64,000 nucleotides of DNA from Octopus sinensis (lineage: Eukaryota), in NCBI RefSeq assembly GCF_006345805.1, contig NW_021834402.1, forward strand, positions 3,600 through 67,599. Reading direction: 5' to 3'. A program made the translations under genes and the position numbers. Positions 49,986-64,000 of the stretch are shown here, piece after piece; within the stretch, counting starts at the first letter, position 1, and every line of letters starts with the position of its first letter. A model generated the notes under the pieces. It did not search any database, had not been told where the DNA came from, and saw nothing but the letters and a program-made list of their open reading frames with translations.

Positions 49986-51644
49986 TGAGACGATATTAAC
50001 TCATTAACTGCCAAATTGCTTCACATGTACTTTTCTGGCTTTGCCAGGTGTTTTTGAAGTTAAAACAATATATAATATTTAAATTCTCTTCATATATGAA
50101 TTATTTTGGAAATTAACAATTTTTTCGAAAAGTCCCAAATGAAAATCGCTGAAAAAAAAGCATATATATTCTTTTCTGTTCAATTTCAAAAATAAATATT
50201 TTAGTTTCTTTGAGACTATAATACCAAATATGAATGTGTATGAAATATCAGTGAATGATATAGATGGGAAATGGAAAATATTTTTTAAATTTTTCATAAT
50301 ACTCAATATGTTTTTAGTTTTAAAATTGCGATTTATGACATAAAATGTCTTCTAGAATTAGCCAGAGCTCACAATCTTTTCTATTATATGCACAAGACCC
50401 GAAGTTTTGTGGGGAAGTGGTCCTGTCGATTAGATCGACGCCAGTACGCTATTGGTATTTAATTTAACGGCACTGAAAGAGTGAAAGGCAAAGTCGACTT
50501 CGGCGGAATTTGAATTCAGAGCTAATAATGACAAAATTTAACTACTAAATAATGTTAAACACACCTCTGCAAATGCAATGTGTATAAGGTATTCACTTCA
50601 TATACAACGGACAATCGACAGGGAAGACTGGATTTAGCAGATCCCCAAACAGGACTTATGGCAAGCAATGGCTTAATAGAAAAAACAGAAACGAAGGAAT
50701 TCTTGAGTGTTACGTAAGGATGAACAGACATTGACTTTTTTTTACATAAATGAAACAATATGGCGAAGCTACACAAATGTATGCCTCTCAGTAGGAGTAT
50801 CATTTTATTTTTCACGTGTACTCTTTTTTTTGGCTTTAGTCATTTAGCTGCGGCCATGCTGGGGCACTGCTTTGAAGGCTGTTTAGTCGAAGAAGTCAAC
50901 ACTACGATTTATTCTATTTTTCAAACCTGGTACTTATCCTATCGGTCATTTTTACTGAACGACTAAATTACGGAGACGTAATATATCTTCAACATCTCGC
51001 TCCCTCAAAAGATCTGATCTTACGCCTAAATGAGAAGACATTATTAATATTAATAGTTTAATATACACGTTTGAAACAGCATTGGAAGGGAATACCAGTT
51101 TTCAAAACAGTAATGAACCACCGCATACGTTGTTTCGACTTAATTTCGTCTTCTCAGTGACGAATATTGTACACTTCCTGATCTTAGAAGAGAAGCGATG
51201 TTTCATATATAGAAATCGGTATAGAAAATATTCATTAAATTGTACGAAAGCTATCGAAGCTAGAAGTATACTAAATATATAAATATACGTATGTATCTTT
51301 CTAAAAGTTTTTCTACAAAAACAGCTCTTGATTGAACAAAAGAATTGTTTGCATAGAAGCTGTAATAGGTTGTACGCATACAGACACACATATTTACATA
51401 CATGCATATATACATACTTTCACACACATACACACACACACATGTATACACATACACACATATTATTAATAAGATACGGAAGGCAGAAGATATGAGAGTC
51501 TTCATTGATCTACAATCGTTCTACAATCGTTTCGATCCATCAAGCATTGCTTACACGCGGAAATACACCTAAACAACCTGTACCATATTTCATCCCGATG
51601 GATCAATGCTAAATATATATATATATACATATATATCAACTGAA

Positions 51645-51845
51645 AATTAGATAAACTTAGATGTTTCGACCAAAGATTGGTCCAGAACATGTCAAACGTA
51701 ATCGCACCACCTGATAGGATTATCTAAATCCTGTTTAAGTCAAGTTTTGTTTATGGTCCATGCAAGTAGTGGGTTGTTGTTGAGTGAGTTGCATCCAGAT
51801 ATGGGTGACTTATCCGGTATTCCGTGAAGACATCTGTCCACATCT
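51645..51845 (-). mobile_element. 3' end of the CR1/L2-group LINE family seen at 32597-33050
   Basis: Same 3'UTR, GACCAA/TTGGTC stem-loop and TCTAAGTT-like tail. Confidence 0.65.
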
Positions 51846-51848
51846 CGC

Positions 51849-52046
51849 ATGTGACCGCGTGTATACCGTTGGCGATTTTTTTCCTCTGTCTTCCCTTCTC
51901 TGGATCTTTCCTTCTCCTATGTTTCCGACGAAGAGCTCCGCTCGAAACGTTAAACCCTCCTTCTTTCCTGAGCGTCCAATAATACTATATTTGTTCCACG
52001 TCCTCGCGTTGTTGTGTTTTTTGTGCTTTCATGTTTGGATTAACTT
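51849..52046 (+). mobile_element. ~200-bp Penelope-pLTR/retrozyme-like unit with a hammerhead motif, second copy
   Basis: GTTT-CCGACGA-AGAGCTCCGCTC-GAAAC-GTT-AAAC at 51921-51955; same boundaries as 26353-26560. Confidence 0.65.
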
Positions 52047-52285
52047 TATATATATATATATATATATATACGATCCTACTCATTTTTGTGTTTTATTAAT
52101 TAAAATAAAGCAATTGATCTGCTCTCTATGGAAGCGGAAATCATATTAATTTATTAGGGATTTATATTGCAAAATATTTATTATACCTTCATTCGTCCAC
52201 TTTGTTAAAATAAACTCCCATTGGGTGATATCATTTATGTATGTATGTATGTAAGTATTTATGTATGAATATATGTATATCTACG

Positions 52286-52365
<80 letters not shown>

Positions 52366-53260
52366 ATACATATATATACATACATACATAGACAGACAGA
52401 CAGGCAGATAGATAGGTATTTTCACATCCATTCACTCATCCATATTATCTAAACTTCCATTCTTTTCTTATTTTTATATTCATCTCCCTACTGTAGTACA
52501 TGTCCCTTTTTTAACTCCCTCCCTGTTTTTAAATATGAGTATATGTGTAGGAGTGAGTACATACAAGTATATCCATACAGATATACATACATACATGCAT
52601 ACATATATATATATATTATATATATATAATATATATATATATATATTATATATATATATTATATATATATATTATATATATATATATCATATCATATCAT
52701 ATACCTACGTATGTAAGTACCTGCGTGTGTGCGTATGCGTGGAATTGTGTGTGTCTGTGTGTGTAGGTGCATCTGTGAGTGCATATGTGTTTGTGTCACG
52801 CATTCTTGTCTATGTGTGTGCCCTATAATTGGGGTGAAGTTTATAATCCTTCGGACATAACGCAAACCCAGCAGGTGTTCATTTTTAGTAGATTTCCTTT
52901 CTCTATGGCCGTGCTTGTGTCTTTGCTTTGCTGGCAACGGATCGAAACCGACGTGAATTCTAATTACAAAATCTAACTGTTTGGTTACTGGATCCGTTAT
53001 ACTTTTGGGCAGTTTTCCAATGTCCCGCCGCTAAGAGCCGGCTACTTGGTCATCGTTAAATTGCTCGCTATGGCCTTCGTCTACCTTTGTATACATCCAC
53101 ACAGATATACACACAAACACAAACACACATGCACACACACACACACACAATTTCTCTCTCTCACACACACATGCACTCACACATACACTCACAGATGCAT
53201 CCTCACACTTATATATGCTCATTCACTCATTAACATTAACATGTGTGTCTATATATATAT

Positions 53261-53299
<39 letters not shown>

Positions 53300-53472
53300 T
53301 GCATGTATATATATATATATATATATATCAGTATGTGTGTATATATACTTATATCTATCTCTATATATACATGTGTATATTTGTATATATATATATAGAC
53401 ATATTGACATATGTTTATACATATATACATATATATATATGTGTGTGTGTGTGTATATATATACATGCATAT

Positions 53473-53519
<47 letters not shown>

Positions 53520-53527
53520 ACACACAT

Positions 53528-53558
<31 letters not shown>

Positions 53559-54354
53559 GCATGTATACGTATATACAAGCTATATACAATGTCAGCAAAT
53601 GTAGGCTATATTTTGTTGGACATCCGCATTTAGGAGTTATTTCCTGTGACGTCGGTATATAATAACGAGTTCCTCATTCACACATACACACACGCGCTAG
53701 CTCGTAGATGCATGCACACATACACACACACATATTCACATACATACATACACCGGCATGGGCGTATGCACACTTAACTAATACACGTAAACACAACCAA
53801 TCTAGTACGCATATGCAATAGATGATGTACAAACTTACGGACACATGCATACATGCATAAACGCATACGTGCATACATAAATAAATATGCATACACACTA
53901 ACAAATACACAAACACACCGATACACATACTGGAGCAATCATACATATATAGCCACATGCTAACAACTAATTATAATTGCATGCATCTAGATTGGAATTA
54001 TCATAATAGACATGATAGAAACGCTTACACACATAGGCACACAGAAGTACACACAAACTCACATACAACTTCAAACACACACACACACACACCCACATAC
54101 ACACGTAAACACAAACAGACATACACCTATCAAGTGAGAAATTTTAATCTCAAATTTTCGCACAAGGCCGGCAATTTCGAGGTAGCGCCTAAGCTGATTA
54201 CATCGATCTCAGTGTTTGATCACAAAAGGATGAAGGGCAAAGGTGACCTCGGTGGAATTTGAACTCAGAGCATAAAAACTAAGCATTTTTACCCGGAATG
54301 GTAAAGATTCCGCCAGTTCCCCACCTTGTATCGAGCCACGGATAATGGGTTTCT

Positions 54355-54577
54355 TATTTCTTTACTACCCACAAGGGGCTAAACAGAGAGGGGACAAATA
54401 AGGACACACAAACGGTTTAAGTCAATTATATCAACCTCAGTGCGTAACTGGTACTTATTTAATCGAACCCGAAATGATGAAAGGCTAAGTCGACCCCGAC
54501 GGAATTTGAACTCAGAACGTAGCGGCAGACGAAATATCGCTAAGCATTTCGCCCGGCGTGTTACCGGTTCTGCTACA
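54355..54577 (-). mobile_element. SINE-B monomer
   Basis: 14-bp TSD GATAATGG(G/T)TTTCT at 54341-54354 and 54578-54591. Confidence 0.85.
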
Positions 54578-56778
54578 GATAATGGTTTTCTATAGCTAAT
54601 CTGTTTCTTTATGTTCCGAATTGAAATACCAACAAGCGCCACATTGAACCCCATCCTTCCGGAGACCGAAGCAATACAGTACTGGGGTCAGTGAACGAGA
54701 TTAACCTTTGTTACTTAATTGCTGACTTTATTCCTTATTTAGAAATAATTATCATTAATGTTAAGGTGTCAAGCTTGGCGAATCATTGTAATGACGTCCG
54801 AAATTCTTGGAGGTTTTTTTCCGTTATTTCCTTCTTAGTCCAAATTCCTCTGAGGTCGACTTTACATTTATTTTCTCAGGGTCGATAAAATAAAGACCAG
54901 TTGATCACTGCGGTCCGTATAATTGACTGAACACCATCCACGAAATTTAGGGATTTTTCAAAAAGTGAGTTGGTAGTTTTGGAGAAAGCGTTAGTGGACA
55001 TTTTTCTAGCTCTTAATATTTTGATTTCAAATCCTGCCGAGATCATCTTTTCTTTTTATCCCTCTGGTTTCAACAACCCTATCAGTTAAGCAATTTGCTA
55101 CTAATTCCTAAAGTATCATTATGTTCTGCATGCACTCGTTCAATACCCGAACATTGCGAACTTGTAACTTTACGTTTAACTCCTGCTGACGCATGTAGGA
55201 CGCATTCGGCAATCGATTGAATCTAATGTGAAAATCGTCCCATCAATTCCTTTGTCCAGGAAGGACAGGCAATGTTTATCTACCTAGCGTACTTCGTTTG
55301 TCGTATTTCTCACATCAGTAAATAAACTAATTATCAGTCAAATGAATTATTCCCAATTGAGAAATCATTATCAATTTCTTATTTTCATTGCACGATTCCT
55401 GCGTAGCTTAAAGTGGCGCTATGTTGGCCTTTACTATATCTAGTATCTTCTTGTGGTTTTGTATTTTCTCATGTACTAGAAATATTCCGTTTAATGTGCA
55501 ACGTGCAGCAATGCTATTTTCTCCGTCATGCATATCAGGAAATCACGTGACATTTGTCACGCAACTGCTTGCATGCATTTTTTCTAACCATTCCCGAAGC
55601 TTCTCTAATTATGGTGATTGTTTGTCTCTTAGATGCCACTTCCTGGCTAGTTCTCTCTTTACCTAACTTTTTACCATTTATTTCAGAATATTTTTACTTA
55701 TTTGCTTTCGTTCTTCATTATCGGCTGTTTAAACTGATATTTCATTTACGTCCTCTATTTCTATTGCTATACCCTAGGCTATGATCTGGTTATCGTTCTC
55801 TCTGACCTTTTCTGGCGAAGATTTAGATCAACATTTTTTCCGTTGGTACTACATAATCAGCATCACTATAAGTTCCTCCTGTACTTTGGAGTACGTTGGT
55901 CAGCAAGGTCACACTACTAGAATTCATTGGTTGCAGTTTTCTATACATTCCATCACGTGATATAGGCCTCCCTTGTATCGGTTATAAATGTTCTGGGCGA
56001 GGAACACGTTGCTCTTCCTCCCTTTATTTTTCCCACTGGTGGTGCCTGTTTGGAAGCTGTTCTAGAATGGGGCTGTTTCTGGTAACTGAAGTATGAGATC
56101 TGTTTGTTGTAAACTTTCTTCTTGCTATTGTTTTGATTTCCGCTTTCTTTTGAATGTCTTTCGAAAGACCACATAACTGATGTGCTACGTGGTTTTGCCC
56201 CTACGTTCGAATCATTTTCAAGCACATTTGGGGAATACATCTAGCATTCTCTCGATGTTTGCGTTGTTCAAGTAACAAATAGCGCGCATTCTACCTCTCC
56301 TCTCTATATAGTCTCTCTTGCCCAAGACAGGGAAAGCACAGATTTTTAAGATAAAAAAAGCCTTTATTAATTAACCAACACTAAAACTTCAAACGCAAAT
56401 GCAGTTTGCCTTTTTGCTTAGATACACAAAGCACTGAAGTCATAAATATATCATTTCCTCTGCGCTTGGTAAGAGTTAAGAAGAATATGAGGGGCAATTT
56501 CTGAAGGCTTCGTTTCGTAAACAGAAGAGAAACCCATTATCGATGTATTTTGCAAATGGACGCACTTACTTAGCCACATATCGTGTGATGTAACAATTTC
56601 CTATGTCCAGATTCTTATTTTTCATATAGGATAAAATAGAGCTACATGCGAAAAACAGCCTTCTCTGATACATACATACACACATGCATTCACACACATA
56701 TACATACATATATATGTGTGTGTGTGTTTGTGTGTGAACGTGTGCGTGTGCGTATGTGTGTGTGTGTGTGTGTGGTGT

Positions 56779-56925
56779 GTGGAGGTGCGTGGCTTAGTGG
56801 TTAGGGTGTCAGTATCATGATCGTAAGATTGTGGTTCCCATTCCTGGACCGGGTGATGCGTTTTGTTCCTGAGCAAAACACTTCATTTCACGTTGCCCCA
56901 GTCCACTCAGCTGGCAAAAATGAAT
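56779..56925 (+). mobile_element. SINE family D head and core
   Basis: GTGGAGGTGCGTGGCTTAGTGGTTAGGG...CAGTCCACTCAGCTGGCAAAAATGA. Confidence 0.75.
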
Positions 56926-56999
56926 AAGGCTGCGATGGACTGGATGTATATATATATATACCTACACACACATATAGATGTGTGTGTATGTATTCGAAT

Positions 57000-57057
<58 letters not shown>

Positions 57058-57245
57058 GAGGTTGCAGGTAGCAACGAAAGAGCTTTGACAAACAAAAATA
57101 AAATAATCAGATATTTGATAAATGAGTGGAATTGAACCAGTGTACGTGTTAATTATACTGGCATAATAACCCTCCCTCGACACAACAACACACGCACACA
57201 CACAACACACACACACACACACGCACACACACAGACACACACATA

Positions 57246-57276
<31 letters not shown>

Positions 57277-58120
57277 CTTCCTCGTCGCCTTGCTGCTATG
57301 GAAACTGCAGATAACACACCAGGTTGAAGCATCATTTGGAATTTCTCAATGGAGCAAGGGAAAACTTTGAAAGTACTGTGGCTGATGACAGTAACTATGA
57401 ACTCTTTTTGAAAAATATATTATTGTATTACAGAAATATTAGAAAACTTCACTTTAAAGCCAGCCAACACGCAAGCTTAAAAGCCATAGCTAGGAAGTCT
57501 GCAACAAATTAGACTTAATCATCTTAAAAGAAAAGAAGCACAAATCGGATAATATGATCTTAGATAGACATATTTTTCTGATTTTACATATTTTTTATTT
57601 CGTGAAATATTAATTTTTTTCTTATAAATTTTTTTCGGAAATCCAATAGAAAAAAATGGCCAATAAGATTTATTTCTAGCAGAAAGAAAGATACATACAT
57701 ACATAGATAGGAATAAATAAATAAATAAATAAAATAAATAAGCATATTTAGTTATGCTTCAGGCTCGAATATCTTTGATCATTCAACTCTCAGATTAAGA
57801 ATGACCCGCAGTGAAAACTAAAATTAAATATATAAATACATAGAATTAATGATATTAACTTAAATACAAATAAATTTATTATGTAATTTTGTTTCGTAGT
57901 TTCCAAACAAATAGATTTAACAGTTGAAAGCAGGAAAAGCATCAATGAAAATTTGATATATAATTTTACATTATCGCTCAAACAAATCGCAACATATTAC
58001 TCATATAATTCACGAATTAATAATATTAACAAGCACGTACATTTTGTATAACCTTATTGATATTTATATATCATTTGCATGATACAATAATGTACATATA
58101 TACACACATACATACATACT

Positions 58121-58155
<35 letters not shown>

Positions 58156-58489
58156 GTATATATATATATATATATGTACGTATATATATATTTCTGTGTG
58201 TATTATTTATTATTTATGTTTATGGAACAATATTATATCATATTATATTCAATTGTATTTTGTTGCATACAAATTGTTCAGTTCTGCAACCCTGTTTCTT
58301 ATATATATATTTTTTGCAATCTTTGGTATAAAATATACAATATTCCCTAAGCTGCAATTAACTGCATATAAACACATAACTAATTTTAAAAAAGCTTCTT
58401 GCGTTGATCGGAAATTAATTTGTGGGAAAGCATTAAACAAACGACAAAAAAAAACACCAACATCAATATTATCATCACCATCGTGACCA

Positions 58490-58566
58490 TACTACCATTA
58501 TTATTATTATTATTATTATTGTCATTATTATTATTATTATTATTATCATCATTATTATCAGTATTA

Positions 58567-58597
<31 letters not shown>

Positions 58598-58640
58598 TTA
58601 TTATTTTATGTTACTATTATTATTATTATTATTATTATTA

Positions 58641-58671
<31 letters not shown>

Positions 58672-58715
58672 TATTATTATTATTATTATTATTGTTATAT
58701 CAGTATTATTACAAC

Positions 58716-58750
<35 letters not shown>

Positions 58751-59190
58751 TATTATTACTATTATTATTACTATTATATTATTATTATACTATTATTATT
58801 ATTATTATCATTATAATTATAATTATTATCATTATTGTTATTATTATCATCATCATCATCATCATTTTTATTATTAATATTATTATTGTTATTATTATCA
58901 TTATTATCATTATTATTATTATCATTATTATTATTATTATCATCAACATTATTATTATTATTATTAATATTATTATTATTATTATCATCAACATTATTAT
59001 TATTAATATTATTATTATTATTATTATGATCATCATTATACTTATTATTATTATGATTATTATTATTATCATCATCAACATTATTATTATTATTATTAAT
59101 AATATTATTAGTATCATCATCATCATCATTCTTCTTCTTCTTCTTCTCCTACTTGTTATTTTTATTATTATTGCTGTTATTATTATTATC
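58490..59190. repeat. (TAT)n/(CAT)n microsatellite complex
   Basis: Directly visible. Confidence 0.95.
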
Positions 59191-59785
59191 ATCATTATTT
59201 TTGTATTTTTATTAAGAGAAAAATCAACAATAATAGTAATATATTATAATGTGGTAAGCACGTGTGAGGGCGTTTGTTTGATACACATGTATGTGGGAAG
59301 GAAATGTAGCCCACATATTTGGAAATGTGAAGGTTAGACAAACGGTAAAAAAAAAAGAAAACGCTAAATAAAATACATTCAGATATTGACACTACACACA
59401 AAAAAAGAAACTGTTAGTTTGTACGTGCTTCCGTATGTTTTCAGTGGCTATTGTTTTTAGTCACTTACATATATGTTTATCTTAATTGCATGTGCTTATG
59501 TCATGAATATATGTATACGTGTGTTAATATAGGTACGTACTTATGCATATGTGCATGTTTGTAAGTATGCCAGCACGTACGTGCGTATAATGTGTTTTAT
59601 AATCTGGGAGACAAAAAAAAAAAAACAGAGAAATACTTGAAATGCTTGTTTGTAAAAATAAATGTTTTTAAAATAGCTAAAACAAGCAACAAAGAGACAA
59701 CAAACGAAATAAACAAAAAAACACAACAGCCATCATTAGCATCATCATCATCGTCGTCATCATTATCGAATATACTACAAAACAG

Positions 59786-59914
<129 letters not shown>

Positions 59915-60100
59915 TAATAATAATAATAAACATTTCTATTATAGGCACAAGGTACGAAATTTGGGGGAGGGGGTCAGACGATTAGATCGGTCCCAGTACG
60001 CAGCTGGTACTTAATTTATCGACTCCGAAAGGATTAATGCCAAAGTGGACACTGGCGCAGTTTGACCACAACCACCAACACCAACAACAGAAACAACAAC

Positions 60101-60153
<53 letters not shown>

Positions 60154-60832
60154 TTTCAAATTTTGGCACAAGGCCAGCAGTTTGGGGGGGGTTAATTCGG
60201 TTGCATATTGAGGGAGGGATAAATCGATTATATTGTCCCTCCCCCCAGTGTTAAACTTAGTACTTATTTTATCGGCCTTGCAAGGATGAAATGGGAAGTT
60301 GACCTCGGAGGAATTTGAACTCAGTACAGAAAGCCGGACGAAATGCTGCTAAGTATTTAGCCCGACCCGTTGATGGTTTCAAAGTTCGTTAGAAACCCAG
60401 CATATTTTAAAGATGAATGACGAAAGTCTGTTATAGCAACCGAAGTAGTTGACTAGTACTTTAATGTACCAATCCCGAAAGGATGAACGATAAAGTAAGA
60501 CACAATATAATTTGAAAACAGAACGTAAAGGGGTCGATAAAATGACGGAAGGACCTCAGTATGTTAATGTTGTCTACGCGTCTGCATTTGTATGTGCACG
60601 TCTACGCAAGATCTCCTTAAGGACGACTGACAGCTACACAATAAAAAAGAAAAGAAAAAGGAAAACATTGTTCCATCTTGCTACGATTTTGTTTCGTCCC
60701 ATCGTCATTGCGGGCGTTGTTGTTCGGCGCCCTATAATTTATTATTCTTTAGCCAATATATTACTATTATATTACGTGCGCTGCTACGTAAAAATAACGC
60801 CATAAGTTGACGGATATGAAAAATAATATATC

Positions 60833-61057
60833 TAGTTCTTTACTACCAACAAGGGGCTAAGCACAGAGAGGACAGACAAACGGATTAAGTCGATTACATC
60901 GACCACAGTTAGTAACCGGTACTTAATTTATCGACCCCGAAAAGATGAAAGGCAAAGTCAACATCGGTGGAATTTGAAATCAGAATGTAACGGCAGACGA
61001 TATACAGTTACGCATTTCGCCCGACGTGCTAACGTTTCTGCCAGCTCGCCGCCTATT
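60833..61057 (-). mobile_element. SINE-B monomer
   Basis: 14-bp TSD AAAAATA(A/T)TATATC at 60819-60832 and 61058-61071. Confidence 0.85.
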
Positions 61058-61357
61058 AAAAATATTATATCAATACACTAATAACGATATTAATACGAAC
61101 AATATAAATTTTACAACTTGTAAAAATGGGGAAAATGAACACGATGAGTAAAAACGTAAAGTGAAAATTTGAACACTCGCACAGAATGGTTAAATTTTTT
61201 GATAACGAGTGGAGACTAACAATCAATAGATATGACACAGAAATAAATGACGAGGATACAATATACACGCGGAAAAGCACATACATACATACATACACAC
61301 ACACACGTTTATATATACATACGTGGTCTTGCACACGCACATACACATATATAAATA

Positions 61358-61585
61358 CAGTAATCTCTCGTCTATCGCAGGTGTTATGTTCCAAAATCGC
61401 CCGCGATAGGTGAAAATCCGCGAAGTTGAAGCAGTACTCTACTGTATATTTTTAAAAATTATTTTCATGGTTTTTATATATTCATTTTATTATAAATGCA
61501 AAGCAAGACAACACCACGGAGGAATAGACGTAAGCTTAAATAATAAACCGCGATAGGTGAACCGCGATATGGCGAGGGATTACAG
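61358..61585. mobile_element. Tigger/pogo-like MITE
   Basis: ~24-bp TIRs CAGTAATCTCTCGTCTATCGC / GCGATATGGCGAGGGATTACAG with flanking TA dinucleotides. Confidence 0.75.
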
Positions 61586-61615
61586 TATATATATTTATAT
61601 GTGTGTGTGTGTGTG

Positions 61616-61669
<54 letters not shown>

Positions 61670-62344
61670 ATGTATGCATGTATGTGTGTATGTATGTGTG
61701 CGTGCTTGCATGAACATATATGTCTATGTGTATGCATATACATACATAAACACACACACGCGCACACACACATATATGTAACTGATGTGGAGAAAGAGGG
61801 AGATGTAGAGAGAGGGGGGAGGAGAGAAAAAGAGAGAGCGCGAGACTGAGAGGTAAAAATGGAGATTGAATGGTTGCTATACTTGTTTGGCAGACGGTCG
61901 GGAATTTTCTCATCGTCTTCTGCTGAGACTGTGAAAGCACGTATATATTTTGAACGTAACTGCCCCGTCGGTCACTAAGTCACGTGAGCAGTTCTATTTT
62001 ATTTTTTGTCTCGTAATGCCTACCCCCACATTAAAAAAACTGACCATCTGTGTATTTCAAACTTATATTATAGCTCCAGCTTCATATTCTCTGGGGACTA
62101 ACGCCTGAGTATATGCTTTTTTGCAAAAAAATATTCTTTCTAATCTGCTTAATGGCTTCGATGGAGTACATTAATGAATTTCGAATTTGGAACAAATATA
62201 AAATATTCAAAGAAAAATAGGGATGTTTCTACGCACAACCTCGTATTCCAATGTATACCGCCTCTGGTACACACATATGTTTGTGTGTATGTGTCCTTGG
62301 GCGTTATATGTTTGAGCGTGTAAGTGTTTATACACTCTTTGCTC

Positions 62345-62545
62345 TCTTTACTCTTTTACTTGTTTCAGTCATTTCACTGCGGCCATGCTGGAGCACTGCC
62401 TTTAGTCGAGCAAATCGACCCCAGGACTTCATTCTTTGTAAGCCTAGTACTTATTCAATCGGTTTATTTCGCCGAACCGCTAGGGTACGGGGACGTAAAC
62501 ACACCAGCATCGGTTGTCAAGCGATGTTGCGAGGGAAGGGGACAA

Positions 62546-62633
<88 letters not shown>

Positions 62634-62803
62634 CATATATACGACGGACTTCTTTCAGTTTCCGTCAACCAAATCTACTCACAGGGCTTTGGTCGGCCCG
62701 AGGGTATAGTAGAAGACACTTCCCCAAGGTGCCACGCAGTAGGAATGAACCCGGAACCATGTGTTTTGTAAGCAAGCTAGTTACCTCACAGCCACTCCTA
62801 CGC
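62345..62803 (-). mobile_element. SINE family A
   Basis: Full-length copy with an expanded internal (CA)/(TA) tract. Confidence 0.85.
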
Positions 62804-63544
62804 TGTAAATTGATGTAATGTTTGCATTGTTCAATTAAATGGAGCCGCAAGAAACGATCGTACTGCATTACCTCTGGATATCCTTGTTGATTATAATCCC
62901 CCAATTTTGAATTGTATGGTATATAATAATATACTAAATTCTGGTGCCTTTAATTTAAGTGCCATATTCATCTGAATCTAAATTTTACTGAACTCGTATA
63001 TATATATATATATAAATATATGCATGTGCTTGTGTGCGTGTGCATGTGTGTGTGTGCGTGTGTGCATGTGTGTTATTGTATTGCATCGTATGTAATGCAT
63101 TGTGAGATAGACTTCAATATCTTTTAGAAAGTCATCACCATTCAAATTGGAAAAAGATAAAAATGAGTGATGAACGGAAGCCAAAACAACACAAAACAGC
63201 ATTTTCACAGATTGAAATGTGACTTTACTTGAAGATCTATTGTCGGTGTACCAGTTTATACACCAATATTGATTTAATCGGAAATATCTGACGTGGAAAT
63301 AAAAACAAATCTCTCTTTCTCTCTCTCTCTCTATCTCCATATATAAATATATATGCATTATCGGTATAGTTCTCAACATGACAAGCACCTAACCAGTACA
63401 TCATGACAGGTATTGTCAAGAAGATAATTCCAAAATCAAGAGAAAGAACCGTAAGATTTGGATTGATATGAATGACAGTTTTACATAACTTCAAGGTTGC
63501 ATGTAGCTGGTACACACACAAACGCACACACACATACGTAGATA

Positions 63545-63927
63545 GGCGCAGGAGTGGCTGTGTGGTAAGTAGCTTGCTAACCAACCACATGGTTCTGGGT
63601 TCAGTCCCACTGCGTGGCACCTTGGGCAGTGTCTTCTGCTATAGCCCCGGGCCGACCATGCCATGCGATGAATTTGGTAGAGAAACTGAAAGAAGCCTGT
63701 CGTATATATGTATATATATTGTGTATGTGTGTGTGTGTGTTTGTCCCCTAGCCTTGCTTGACAAACGATGCTGGTGTGTTTACGTCCCCGTCACTTAGCG
63801 GTTCGGCAATAGAGACCGATAGTGGGCTTACAAAGATACGTCCCGGGGTCGATTCTCGACTAAAGGCGATGCTCCAGCAGGGCCGCAGTCAATGACTGAA
63901 ACAAGTAAAAGAGTAAAGAGTAAAGAG
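63545..63927 (+). mobile_element. SINE family A
   Basis: Full-length copy. Confidence 0.85.
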
Positions 63928-64000
63928 ATATATACACATATATAGTAAATATTATATATTAATATATGTTGTGTGTGTGTGTGTGTTGTGTTGTGTGTAT

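Noticed and set aside
55953-56240. 95-aa ORF as a host gene
   Set aside because: No recognisable domain or splice context, and the length is within chance expectation.
63380-63490. RTE-like peptide YIMTGIVK...RKIWID
   Set aside because: The similarity is too short and degenerate to call.

Overview
Eukaryotic, AT-rich, extremely microsatellite- and SINE-rich DNA. The SINE families and repeat landscape look like Octopus (cephalopod) intronic or intergenic sequence; this is recognition, not a database result. No host protein-coding gene can be supported, and almost all ORFs in the supplied track are translations of simple repeats or SINEs. The only large coding element is a full-length, about 5.34-kb L1/Tx1-like non-LTR retrotransposon on the minus strand (10412-15752). 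It has an ORF1 with a CCHC knuckle and an ORF2 with APE endonuclease, RT and a zf-RVT-type C-terminus, both frameshifted. The most striking structure is its context. (i) It sits inside a tRNA-derived SINE (here called 'family B') with a 15-16 bp target-site duplication (CGGCAGACGAAATAC[G]). (ii) Its last ~35 nt match the 3' tail of that SINE. (iii) The same site is the junction of a 7-unit head-to-tail array of headless SINE-B bodies next to it, and of three further nested SINE-B insertions elsewhere in the window. This suggests a LINE/SINE pair that preferentially inserts into the SINE itself and builds arrays. Other content: many copies of at least four SINE families, two ~200-bp Penelope/retrozyme-like units with a hammerhead-ribozyme motif, a fold-back element, Helitron/Helentron-like non-autonomous elements, a Tigger-like MITE, a Tc1/mariner relic, and CR1- and RTE-like LINE fragments. 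Family names A-D are local labels only.
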